A DNA stretch of 64,000 bases. It comes from Guillardia theta CCMP2712. Its lineage: Eukaryota; Protista; Cryptophyta. The position numbers and the translations under genes were made by a program. Positions 10,050 to 19,896 of the stretch are shown here, in pieces. Each line of letters starts with the position of its first letter. Position 1 is the stretch's first letter. The DNA lies in NCBI RefSeq assembly GCF_000315625.1, contig NW_005434498.1, forward strand, positions 1 through 64,000. Reading direction: 5' to 3'. The notes below the pieces were generated by a model that was not told where the DNA came from, made no database searches, and was given only the letters and a program-made list of their open reading frames with translations.

Positions 10050-10129
10050 AGACCGCCGGAGTAACAGCCAGACCGCCGGAGTAACAGTCAGACCGCCGGA
10101 GTAACAGTCAGACCGCCGGAGTAACAGCC
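10050..10129 (+). repeat. 5'-terminal tandem repeat of family D: 4 x 20 bp (AGACCGCCGGAGTAACAG(C/T)C)
   Basis: Read directly from the sequence. Confidence 0.95.
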
Positions 10130-10217
10130 ATGCTATCCCCCCCTGCAGTTTGAGGGGATCTCTGCGAGCTAGGGTGCTGAACAGGATATCTTTCTGTGCA
10201 GAAACGGTTGTTTGATC

Positions 10218-12350
10218 ATGTCACGGTATCTATCCAAAGAGGAAAGGAAACAGATTGCTGGTGTCCGAGTTTCCCAGTTCCTAAACAAGGACACGACACC
10301 TTCAGCACCTTCGCTAGGAGAGCTGATCCGAAGATTGGAACACTTCGTCAGGCAGTACCCTCAGAGCAGGACAGGCAGAGCCTTGCAGTCCAAGGAAGTC
10401 TCGATGAACGCCTTAGCCGAAGCCATTCGACAGACCTGCAAACATGCTGAAGTCAGGAGCCAGGAGGATGCCATCAAAGAATGGGGGGAAGAAGGACAGT
10501 CGTGGTATGTCTCTGCATGGAACGCAGACAAACAGGAGGTACTAGACAAGAGTGCCTGCATCGATGCTTCAGGAGCGTCCCCCGAGAGTGGTAAACTGAT
10601 TACCATGGCTATCCTCGGAGTTCCTACCCAGTACATAAAACAAGTTGAGGTACTGTGTGAGAAGTTGAAGGATCAAGGACTCTTGGTGCACGAGGAGCAG
10701 GGCAAGAAATGCATCTCGTGGAGAGCCCCGATCAAGAAAGATTTGATTCCGACAGTGGATGAAATCCCAGTCGTGGCAACACTCCAATTGAACGACGCAG
10801 CAGAACTGCTGTGGAAAGGACAGACGAACTTCAGGATCGACGGAAAGATGATCCGCGCGGCGAACGCGCATTCGAAGCATCCTTGCTCCTTCAAGATAAG
10901 GCCACAGAAGGATAAGCACTCTGGCAAGGCGGGGGCCCTAGCTGAGTTCTCTCACCTCCTCAAGATGAATGGCATGAACTCAGCTGGGATTACGGAGATC
11001 TATCGTCAATACCTGCTGCAACAAGGAATAGCTGTGTTGGAGGTGCAGCCGGAAGCGGGCATGCAGCTAGAGGTCAAGACGAAGAGGAGACCTCAAGGTC
11101 AGCCCAACAAACGCACTTTCGCAGCAGCCGGAGTGGACGAGATACGACAAGGAAGAGAGATCGATTGGATTGCGAGATGCTCTTCGACGGACGTCCTGAG
11201 CACCACGCTACGGATGTTTGAGGGAGACGACAGGAATGGAGGAGGCATACACCTCGGACTGATGTCGGAAGATGAAAAGATCCTCAAATGGTTCACTACT
11301 CAGGTTAGTGCAATCACCAGGGTATCGAGACAGCATCCAATTAGGTTGGACTTATTGCCCGACGCGCTAGGAGCAGTACCACGAAGAGTGACCTATGAGG
11401 TGCTGGTCAAGAGTAAAGCACAGAAGGGAAGGTTCACCAGAGAGGAAGCTGAACAGATCTGCGACGGGGAGGATCTCTCTATGGGCATGACAATTCGAGG
11501 ACTGAGACGGATCGTGGCGAGCTGGAAGGAGTCAGCGGCTGAGCACATCGTCAAGATCTCCTCGAAGGAAGATGTCGAGACCAACAGCTGGAACGGTGAA
11601 CATCTAGTGCTCAGCTTCTCAGAAAAAGAAACGGCGATCGACATACTCAGATCCTTTGCGCCATGGGACAGGGCGGGGAAACTTCTTCTCCTAGAGCCAG
11701 GCAGTGCCAACATCTGGGAAGCAATCGCTACAGAACCCCCCACGGAGCCTCTGTGGGCACAGGTAGATCTCGAACGGATCGAGAATGAGATCAACATCCC
11801 AGAACCAGAGGCAAACGTGGTCCTCGAAGACATCTACAAAGTTCTGGAGGAGACTGTCAACCAGGGACAGAGTGCAGAAAACCAAGCTTGCAAACTCAGG
11901 CTCGATGGAGCCATAGTCGGCCTGTACGACAGCTTGTCATCTCCTGGAAATGCATGTTTTCCGACGTTGAAGGAATGGGCGGAATCATCCTCGGCAACCC
12001 AGGACGACGACATGCAAATTTTGAAGAGTAAGATTGCAAGAGTAAGCGAGCAGCATGCGTGGGAGACGGTAGCATCAAGAAGACGCCAGGGAGCCTTTGC
12101 AAAAGCAACAGGGAGAGGAGGGGAGAAACAACAAAAAGAATTTCGAACTGACTTGTTGTTTCTTGCCCTGAATAAATTAGTTCTCACAGCCACGCTAACC
12201 TACCAAGGCAGCGTAGGCTCGGGAGACGAAATTGAGTTTCTCTTGAGCAAGGCAGAGGAGGAGATGGGACTGGAGATGTGCCTCTCAACTCTAAAACCGA
12301 ATCATGACAGGAGGAGGAAGGGAGGAGGAAGGGGGGAGTGCCGGGAGTAG
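10218..12350 (+). CDS. Retrotransposon ORF1 protein, family D (~710 aa, no recognisable Gag knuckle)
   Basis: Long ORF upstream of and overlapping ORF2, homologous to A and B ORF1. Confidence 0.88.
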   Translation: MSRYLSKEERKQIAGVRVSQFLNKDTTPSAPSLGELIRRLEHFVRQYPQSRTGRALQSKEVSMNALAEAIRQTCKHAEVRSQEDAIKEWGEEGQSWYVSAWNADKQEVLDKSACIDASGASPESGKLITMAILGVPTQYIKQVEVLCEKLKDQGLLVHEEQGKKCISWRAPIKKDLIPTVDEIPVVATLQLNDAAELLWKGQTNFRIDGKMIRAANAHSKHPCSFKIRPQKDKHSGKAGALAEFSHLLKMNGMNSAGITEIYRQYLLQQGIAVLEVQPEAGMQLEVKTKRRPQGQPNKRTFAAAGVDEIRQGREIDWIARCSSTDVLSTTLRMFEGDDRNGGGIHLGLMSEDEKILKWFTTQVSAITRVSRQHPIRLDLLPDALGAVPRRVTYEVLVKSKAQKGRFTREEAEQICDGEDLSMGMTIRGLRRIVASWKESAAEHIVKISSKEDVETNSWNGEHLVLSFSEKETAIDILRSFAPWDRAGKLLLLEPGSANIWEAIATEPPTEPLWAQVDLERIENEINIPEPEANVVLEDIYKVLEETVNQGQSAENQACKLRLDGAIVGLYDSLSSPGNACFPTLKEWAESSSATQDDDMQILKSKIARVSEQHAWETVASRRRQGAFAKATGRGGEKQQKEFRTDLLFLALNKLVLTATLTYQGSVGSGDEIEFLLSKAEEEMGLEMCLSTLKPNHDRRRKGGGRGECRE

Positions 12351-15300
12351 GCAAGGGGGGGAGAGGGAAACGGTTTCAAAGGAAACGCAACATGTAGATA
12401 GAACATTATATTTTTTTGATTGGATCGAGGAGATCCCATGGTCAGACAAACGAGGCGACAAGGAATTTGGCATCACTGCCCTGAACAATCGAGGAGTAAG
12501 CGGATTTTTATGCGAGAACATGATCGAAGTTACTCTCAATGAGATGAGCAAGGCTCTTCAAGGAGGAAGAGCAATACATATGGTACGCAAAGGGAGAGCT
12601 CGTGAGGACCAGCAAACGCGGAACATCATCTTCTTGCCAAGGGTAACATCCAGTCTGCGAGACGAGGCGTCCCGCTTGAGAGTCGGGAACAGATTTCACC
12701 TCAGCAGCTTGAGAGATGAGCAACACACCTTCCTGTTCCCAACTATCATCCACAGCAACCACTGGATTCTAATTGCATTAAGATATGATCGGCGATGCGC
12801 GTACATCTTGGACCCCCTCTGCGAGGACAGAACGAGCACAACGAGGGACCCACGAGGGATCGAGGGAGCGAGGAATCTTGTAACAACGGGGGAGCACGCA
12901 AAAGGAGCAAGAGAAATGGCTGAGCTGACAATCGGAGTGATCGAACACATCTTTGACGATCAGACCAATGCCCCATGGCAGATACAGTGGTGCTCAGCCT
13001 TCCAACAGGAAGATAACTTCAACTGCGGAGTGTTCGCTATCCTTCACACCTTACTGCTCTGCGAGACAAATCAAGACGGGCTAGCAACGATGGAAACGAG
13101 GACAAGACTAAGACTTCCGCAAGAATGGCTGATGCAAACCAGAACACAACTGATTGCAGCTCTCACCCATCTGGAGAAGATGGAGGAAACGGCCCAGGTA
13201 ATTCTGCGATCTCTGCCGAAGGAGGCGAGGGTGCAAGAGAGCTTGAAATCGACGACAAAGCCGGAGGAGGAGGTACAGTCGAACGCAATCCAGCGGCTGA
13301 TGACCTCGGCGACAAAGCTTGAGGAGGAGGTACAGCCAAACGCAATCCAGCGGCTGATGAACTCGACGTCAAAGCTTGAGGAGGAGGTACAGCCAAACGC
13401 AATCCAGCGGCCGATGACCGCGACGGCAAAGCCTGAGGAGAAGGTACAGCCGATCGCAATCCAGCGGCAGGCGACCACCACGAAGCCCCAACCAAGACCT
13501 TTTGGTGAGGAAATGGAGGAGAATGCACATTCAGGAGAGAAAACCTCCCAGAGAGGGAAGGAGCGGAGGGGGAAAAGGCAGGAGGAGCAAAGGGGCAATG
13601 ATTGGGCGCAGATGCATCGAAAAAGCTCAGACCCAGGTTTCCTCATCTCACAAAATGTGAATGGTTGCAATCACTTTGTTCTCAAGCACATCCTCGCATA
13701 CTTAATCCAGTCCTTCCAACCTGGGGTTGTGCTACTACAAGAGGTAAGGGTCTCGGCCCGCGACGAGAACAAATTAAGGAAGATGATCAAGGAGAACTGG
13801 GCCTGCTACAGAATCTTCCTGGGGCCTGCGAAGATCAATGCGAAGAAGGGGAAAGGAGACCTGAGGTTGGTAACGCTGGTCCACGCTTCCCTCTCGCCTT
13901 CCCCTTCCCATGCCGCTCAGGCGTGCAACAAAGAAAAGAAATATCGAAACCGAGTGTTTTCGATCAAAGTCGGAACAGGGAAAAATTCTTTTTTAGTCAC
14001 GAACCTCCATCAGGTACCGGCGGAAAATGCGATTCGAGAGCAAGGGGAACTGTGGGCAGAGCTGCTACACCTCGCTCTGGGAACGAGAGAGACGCACATC
14101 ATAGCCGGAGACTTTAATGCAGCAAGAACCAACACAACAACACCAATGCGGAGAGGATATTCCCCCTCATCTATCACCGCAAAAGCAGATGAGAGATTCG
14201 AGAAATTCCTGGCAGACCTTTCCGCACACCGTACACTCTCATATGAACAGATCAGCGGGACGGGGACGACTTTTACCTTCTCAACATGGTACAAACAAGA
14301 ATTGATAGAAGCCAAACTCGATGCAGTTCTCGCTATCCACCCCCCATCTAATGAGGACAACTTCCCCAACATCTCCCTTCAATCGTGGACGGTCGACGGC
14401 TGTGTGATAGGGGGAGCAGTTGATCACAGAGCCCTGGTGGTGCAAGTGCACACCAAGTTCACATCCGAGGAGACGCAGCTAATCCCACGAGTGGAAGTGC
14501 ATCAGATGAATTCACGACAGAAGAGGGGGGAAACCCCTAAAAGCAGATGGGTGCTGGATCGCGATACGTGGGAGGAGAAGAAGATCGAATGGGCACAACA
14601 ACTAGATGCAAACATACGAGACATGCGAGCTAAGGCGCAAGAATGTAACATTTGTGAGATGCTCGCCAACTCTCTACCACTAAAGGAGGTAAAAATCAGA
14701 AAGGGACGGAGGCGACATTCGAACAAAGAACAAATGGATTTGAAGAGATCGATCCGCAACTTGCGGACTAAACTTAGGGAAGCATCACAGCAAAGACCAG
14801 CGACTGGAGTACCTACGGAAGCTACATTACAACGAGAATTGCGAACTAAGATCGAGAGGTTCAGAACGATATGTGAAGAACGAAACAACGAAGTTTTCCA
14901 AGAGATCTGCCAACAGCAGCAAAGACGGCTTGGCACGGTAGGCAGCCGTGAATCCCAGAATGCAATGGGACGCAAGAATGATTTCACTCCCAAAGAACCG
15001 ATGATAAGTCAAGACATCAAGAAAAAACACCCTAACTCCCTTCGTTGCCACAAAGGCTTGGCTCTTAGACTGCTCGGCAAGATAGTCGACAATGCCGACG
15101 AGCTCATCAACCAACTCGAAGCAACCCTATCTAGCGAAGACACGAGGGGTGTTAGAGCATTTTGGAGTGCAAACCAGCAACTGATGATTGGGATCGAGCG
15201 AGAGGGGACAGATGACTGGCTCTTTCTATCACTGCTACCTGCAAACACAATCACGAAAGCAATTGTAGCACTAGAAGAATTGGATAAAACAACATGGGAG

Positions 15301-18300
15301 ATAGCAGGATACCGTGATCTCACGGATCATCTCCCAATGCAGAAGGTTAGAGAGCTTGAGGACGCGGACCATACACGATTCTTCTTCAGCGTCAACGCAT
15401 GCACGAAACAAGGGACCTGCTCAAAATGCTCAAACATCGGATGTATGCTCCCCTTGGCTGACTCAAGCGACGAGACCATCGGAGGGGGAGGGATGACCCC
15501 GTACTGCACAAAATGTAAGTCGTTCACAACCGTGGCCCCAAGACGGATCACACCGCCTGAGGGGGTGCAGCTTTCAAGGAGACAACAACAGGAAATCACC
15601 AGACCCCTGGCACCGGGAGAGATTGATGTCTGGCTCGCCTCGGCGCCGAGACGAAAGGCTGCAGGACTTGACCTCATTTCGAACGAAGTGCTGCGGGCGC
15701 TGCCACCAGCATGCCGAGAGGAAGTTGGCAAGTTAGTCAACGCAGCCCTAGAAGGCAAAGCTGAGGTTCTCAACAAGACAGCGAGAGTACGCCTCCTGCC
15801 AAAAAATCAATTCTGTCACATTCTCGAAAACATGCGGCCTATACGCGTCATGTCAACGCTTACTCGGCTGGTTCAGGCAATCCTGGCGCATCGTCTGAGT
15901 AAGACAGTAGAAGCAAACAACGTCCTCACAAACTTCCAGGAGGGGTTCCGTCCAGGCAGAAGCACAAGTCGGCAGGCTCATCGACTGATCTCGATCGTAG
16001 AAGAAGCAGAAGAGGCCAAAACGTCCCTAATTCTCTTGTACCTGGACTTTGCGAACTTCTTTAACAATGTGGCAATCGAGGTGGTCGAGCAGGCAATGAA
16101 CAGCCTAGGCTTCCATCCTGAGGACATTAGAACTGTGATAGCCTGCAACAGTGGAGTCGAGCTGCAAATACAAACAAACGAGTTCAACACAGGGAAAATA
16201 CCTCTAATGATCGGGCTGCCTCAAGGTGGAGCAAGTAGCCCACAACTGGCCAACTTGGTGCTATGCATCCTCTCTAGACAATTGGACAAGTGCAGCACAG
16301 GAACAACAAACAACCTGTCCTTCGCCGATGACATGGTACTCATCGCACACACGATGAAAGAAATGCGAGAATTGGTAGCAGTGGTGGATTCCTTCTGCAA
16401 ATGGTCAGGACTGCAAATCAACAATAAGAAATCAGAGATAACCAGCTTCGACTATGCTCGCAAGGGAGAGGTTCCTGGTGCGAACAAAATAACGGTCATG
16501 GGGGAACCTGTCGAAGCCCTACCGGCTACTAAACCGTTCAAATATCTCGGCTATCGCATCTCTCTGTGGAAGGAAGAAAGACGAAGAATAAAGGGCTGCC
16601 CTTTCACTTGGGGAGAACGAGCATACGTCTTTGAAAAAACCAAAGAACTGATCAACAATATCAGCTCGTCGAGTTATACTCCTGCGCAAAAATTCTACCT
16701 GGTGAAAGTTGGAATTCTCAACGTCTTTCGCTACTCCGCAGTCATGACTGGATGGACTTGGCGAGATCTACAAGAATTAGATCAACTGTGGATCAGAGCT
16801 TTTAAAAAAGCCTTAGGACTGAGCAAAAGTACAGGGAATGGTATATTCTACCTGCCAACAGAGAATGGAGGGCTGCAAGTCCCTCATCCTGCCCCAATCC
16901 TAGGGCGAGCAGCGCTACGATACATCGAACGAGAAGTGAATAGTAAGCAAGGTGGAGACATCCAAGATAGACTGATATCTAAACTCAGAAACTGGTTTGC
17001 GGAATGGGGATGCCAAACAATCATCGAGCTCCAAAAAGAAATGAATTTTCGAACTATGGAGCGTGATGTGGTGCGGGGACCCGAAGCTTTAGCAGTCTGG
17101 CTGGCGGAAAAACTAAACACGAGGATCAGCTGGGCCCACATAGAAGCAGGTCACCTACCTGGAAGCATCTCCCTCCTTCATAGGATGGAGGATATGGTGG
17201 CAAACTTGAACGACAGCGACAGACCACAAGGCTGGACGAACTTCCAAGCCTTATGGAGGCAACTCCCGAAACTCCAATTCTCCTTGCTACGCAATATACG
17301 ACCTATCGCTGACGAAGAACTGCATTTGCCAAGGAAGCTCTGGCCTTTCCCAAGGCAACGCGAGGAGGCGGAGGGGATCGTAATGCAACTGCTACAAGAA
17401 AATGTCATCTGGGTAAGCAGCGTCAACAGAGCATCAGGAACAAAGAGGAAAAGACGAGAGGTTGCCACGCAGGATAGTGCTACAACCCGAAAACGAAAGT
17501 CACACCTGCAATCAGAGGAGGACCGGGAGGAGACATCCAAAAAGCATCGGGAAGCAGCAGAAGAGAGAAGGCCACACCCAGCTCATGCAAACACAAGATC
17601 CCTCATGGCTAAACTACTAGGCAATCTGGATCAACAGGAACACCTAATCCTAAAAGGTAAGGAAAGTTTCAAAATCAAGGGCGACATAGCAATCATGGAC
17701 CGGCCCAGAAGTCACACGGGCCAAGAACAAGACATCAAAGAAGCTGAACCTTCCCTTCGCTCGGCGCCATTTGCGAGGAAAGAAGATGAAGATGGAGCCA
17801 AGAACCCAGAGAAGACAGAGATCCTACTGCAAATTGCTAAGTATATCAGCAAAACACATAACAGCTCACTCAACTCGCAAGCTTGGTGGGAACATCTGAC
17901 CACCGCCATGGCTGAAATTCGAGATAGACAACAAGGCCTTCCGCTGTCGTACGAATTTCTAGAACACTTGGGGACGCTCGCTGAAACAAAACAGTTCAGC
18001 AACTGGCCCACCCTCTATCACCCGACAATCCAGGCCGCAACCGATAGCTTGCAGGAAGACGAGGTTCGACGTGAAATAATATGGATCGACCAACAGGAAC
18101 AATACCTCAGCTACGCCGCATGCGAGTCTGGAACAATCTTGATCGGATGGAACCAAACTTGCTTCAGGAAAGAAATCCCTGACGGCTTCATGCTAGTCGG
18201 TAAGGTACCTAAAGGATCAGAAATATGCTACGCTGCAAATTTCTGGAGGACGGGCGATCGGAGCCTCAGGAAGTCACAAGACGACCTGATTGTCTACTGC

Positions 18301-19809
18301 AAGGAGTCGGAACAAGAGAGAATAATTGTCCAACTCACAGTACACCTGATCCCTGAACAGGAGGAGCTACAAGAATACCGAAGGAAGCAAAACGAAAACT
18401 ATCAAGCCTCGGCCAAACAGGAGAAGAACAGGAACCAAGTGTGGTCCGCAATCCACGGCGACATACCACGAAACAGGAAGGGTCGATCAATGTCGATAGG
18501 ATACAGCACGCAAGACAAGGAAGGAGAGCAGGAACTCGGAGCGATCAAGATACACGGAAAATGCAGCGTCATCAGAGCACATACCATCGCACTCTGCATA
18601 CTCCTACAAGCGATTTGGGAACAAAGAGGCAAACAGAAAACAATCAGGAAAATCTTCGTCCTCTTTAAATCAACCCGAATGCATCGCTTTCTTACGGACA
18701 CCCTCAGATGGTCTATCATGCAGTATGAAGACGAGCTCGTATACGACTTGGCAGGAAGACTGCAGGAATGCCTGAGCAAATTTCAGCGGGAGGGCATTGA
18801 GATCAACCTCTCTATGATCGCAGACCACACCGTAGTGCAAGAAGCTGCAGAAGAAGCCCGCAAGGGAAAATCCTCCTTCTCCTCCACGTGGGAACGGGCC
18901 CTCATCGACAACGACTTGGGATTCTGCATTGCAGACGAAGAGAACTTCAAGCCGGGGATGGATCGATTGAAAATATGGGATAAGATAATCAGAGAAGAAC
19001 AACTGGAACTGAGGAGGAAAGAAGCCCCCCTCACCTTGACGGAAACCTTTCTCCTGGAACCACAAGTGGGCAGAAGGATCCTAGGTCGAGCCTTACAGAG
19101 GTGTCGCGGATCAGTACTTCGGACAGCTATCCAAGCCATTACCTGGTCAGCACCAACGAGGAAAAAGCTGTTCCAGTGGAAGAAGACGACATCCCCCTGT
19201 TGCCCATGGTGCGAAGGCAGGGGAGAAAGCTGGGTGCATGTTCAGCTAGCCTGCAAAGAATTTGAGCTCATGATCGCGTTGGCACACAACAGAGTAATGG
19301 AGACAATCAAGGGATGTCTGACAGAGAGCTGGAAGAAGAAAAGTGTTGAACAGGAGAGTTGGTGGCAAACGCCAATCAACTCTATGACAGGGCTAGGACT
19401 GACTGCACCAGAGCACGGCAATCTCATACCAGATGGGCTCTGCTACTTCAGAGGGAGCAATCGCATTGTGCTGGTGGAGATAGCGAGAACTTCAGAGTTC
19501 ACGGGCGAGGGAAGCAGTCTGGCAAACCTGAAAGCAAAGTTTCAGGAGAAAGAACAGAAATATGCAGCACTGCGGGCAGAGATGACAAGCAGGAGCGACA
19601 ACACAGAGGTCATACAAGCCACGTTCATTGCAGGAGTGAGAGGCAGTATTATGGAGCGGGAATGGACCACAAATTTCCGGAACTTGCTCATGGACGAGGA
19701 TATGATTGACAGAGCCATGACCAAGATAGTCATCCAGCTGCTCGAAGTGCAACACATGCTGTGGACCTCAAGGAGACGAGGAGACACGACTAACAGAGAA
19801 CAAGCATGA
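12304..19809 (+). CDS. ORF2 polyprotein: Ulp1/C48-like protease - APE endonuclease - C4 Zn motif - reverse transcriptase - degenerate RNase H-like - CCHC - restriction-like endonuclease
   Basis: Protease: NHWILI/ILDPL/QQEDNFNCGVF. APE: SQNVNG, LLQEV, AGDFNA, KLDAVL, VDHRAL. RT: KAAGLD, MRPIRV, QEGFRPGRST, LDFANFF, GLPQG, FADD, GLQINNKKS, KYLG. C-terminus: CPWC..HVQLAC, AHN, IPDG..VEIARTSE, KEQKY. Confidence 0.95.
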   Translation: MTGGGREEEGGSAGSRQGGERETVSKETQHVDRTLYFFDWIEEIPWSDKRGDKEFGITALNNRGVSGFLCENMIEVTLNEMSKALQGGRAIHMVRKGRAREDQQTRNIIFLPRVTSSLRDEASRLRVGNRFHLSSLRDEQHTFLFPTIIHSNHWILIALRYDRRCAYILDPLCEDRTSTTRDPRGIEGARNLVTTGEHAKGAREMAELTIGVIEHIFDDQTNAPWQIQWCSAFQQEDNFNCGVFAILHTLLLCETNQDGLATMETRTRLRLPQEWLMQTRTQLIAALTHLEKMEETAQVILRSLPKEARVQESLKSTTKPEEEVQSNAIQRLMTSATKLEEEVQPNAIQRLMNSTSKLEEEVQPNAIQRPMTATAKPEEKVQPIAIQRQATTTKPQPRPFGEEMEENAHSGEKTSQRGKERRGKRQEEQRGNDWAQMHRKSSDPGFLISQNVNGCNHFVLKHILAYLIQSFQPGVVLLQEVRVSARDENKLRKMIKENWACYRIFLGPAKINAKKGKGDLRLVTLVHASLSPSPSHAAQACNKEKKYRNRVFSIKVGTGKNSFLVTNLHQVPAENAIREQGELWAELLHLALGTRETHIIAGDFNAARTNTTTPMRRGYSPSSITAKADERFEKFLADLSAHRTLSYEQISGTGTTFTFSTWYKQELIEAKLDAVLAIHPPSNEDNFPNISLQSWTVDGCVIGGAVDHRALVVQVHTKFTSEETQLIPRVEVHQMNSRQKRGETPKSRWVLDRDTWEEKKIEWAQQLDANIRDMRAKAQECNICEMLANSLPLKEVKIRKGRRRHSNKEQMDLKRSIRNLRTKLREASQQRPATGVPTEATLQRELRTKIERFRTICEERNNEVFQEICQQQQRRLGTVGSRESQNAMGRKNDFTPKEPMISQDIKKKHPNSLRCHKGLALRLLGKIVDNADELINQLEATLSSEDTRGVRAFWSANQQLMIGIEREGTDDWLFLSLLPANTITKAIVALEELDKTTWEIAGYRDLTDHLPMQKVRELEDADHTRFFFSVNACTKQGTCSKCSNIGCMLPLADSSDETIGGGGMTPYCTKCKSFTTVAPRRITPPEGVQLSRRQQQEITRPLAPGEIDVWLASAPRRKAAGLDLISNEVLRALPPACREEVGKLVNAALEGKAEVLNKTARVRLLPKNQFCHILENMRPIRVMSTLTRLVQAILAHRLSKTVEANNVLTNFQEGFRPGRSTSRQAHRLISIVEEAEEAKTSLILLYLDFANFFNNVAIEVVEQAMNSLGFHPEDIRTVIACNSGVELQIQTNEFNTGKIPLMIGLPQGGASSPQLANLVLCILSRQLDKCSTGTTNNLSFADDMVLIAHTMKEMRELVAVVDSFCKWSGLQINNKKSEITSFDYARKGEVPGANKITVMGEPVEALPATKPFKYLGYRISLWKEERRRIKGCPFTWGERAYVFEKTKELINNISSSSYTPAQKFYLVKVGILNVFRYSAVMTGWTWRDLQELDQLWIRAFKKALGLSKSTGNGIFYLPTENGGLQVPHPAPILGRAALRYIEREVNSKQGGDIQDRLISKLRNWFAEWGCQTIIELQKEMNFRTMERDVVRGPEALAVWLAEKLNTRISWAHIEAGHLPGSISLLHRMEDMVANLNDSDRPQGWTNFQALWRQLPKLQFSLLRNIRPIADEELHLPRKLWPFPRQREEAEGIVMQLLQENVIWVSSVNRASGTKRKRREVATQDSATTRKRKSHLQSEEDREETSKKHREAAEERRPHPAHANTRSLMAKLLGNLDQQEHLILKGKESFKIKGDIAIMDRPRSHTGQEQDIKEAEPSLRSAPFARKEDEDGAKNPEKTEILLQIAKYISKTHNSSLNSQAWWEHLTTAMAEIRDRQQGLPLSYEFLEHLGTLAETKQFSNWPTLYHPTIQAATDSLQEDEVRREIIWIDQQEQYLSYAACESGTILIGWNQTCFRKEIPDGFMLVGKVPKGSEICYAANFWRTGDRSLRKSQDDLIVYCKESEQERIIVQLTVHLIPEQEELQEYRRKQNENYQASAKQEKNRNQVWSAIHGDIPRNRKGRSMSIGYSTQDKEGEQELGAIKIHGKCSVIRAHTIALCILLQAIWEQRGKQKTIRKIFVLFKSTRMHRFLTDTLRWSIMQYEDELVYDLAGRLQECLSKFQREGIEINLSMIADHTVVQEAAEEARKGKSSFSSTWERALIDNDLGFCIADEENFKPGMDRLKIWDKIIREEQLELRRKEAPLTLTETFLLEPQVGRRILGRALQRCRGSVLRTAIQAITWSAPTRKKLFQWKKTTSPCCPWCEGRGESWVHVQLACKEFELMIALAHNRVMETIKGCLTESWKKKSVEQESWWQTPINSMTGLGLTAPEHGNLIPDGLCYFRGSNRIVLVEIARTSEFTGEGSSLANLKAKFQEKEQKYAALRAEMTSRSDNTEVIQATFIAGVRGSIMEREWTTNFRNLLMDEDMIDRAMTKIVIQLLEVQHMLWTSRRRGDTTNREQA
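13249..13486 (+). repeat. In-frame 60-bp (20-aa) tandem repeat x4 in the protease-APE linker
   Basis: (T/S/A)K(P/L)EE(E/K)VQxxAIQRxx units. Confidence 0.9.
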
Positions 19810-19896
19810 AGGATATAAGATGGTTGGAAGATGAATGGGTAAAGATCAACGAGGAAGGATCAAAAGGGAAGCCTCAAAAGCAAGCAACCAGGATCA

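Noticed and set aside
12500-19790. Numerous antisense ORFs within retrotransposon ORF2 (and likewise within SEN1 and the LRR gene)
   Set aside because: They are shadow frames of long coding sequences with no independent motifs.
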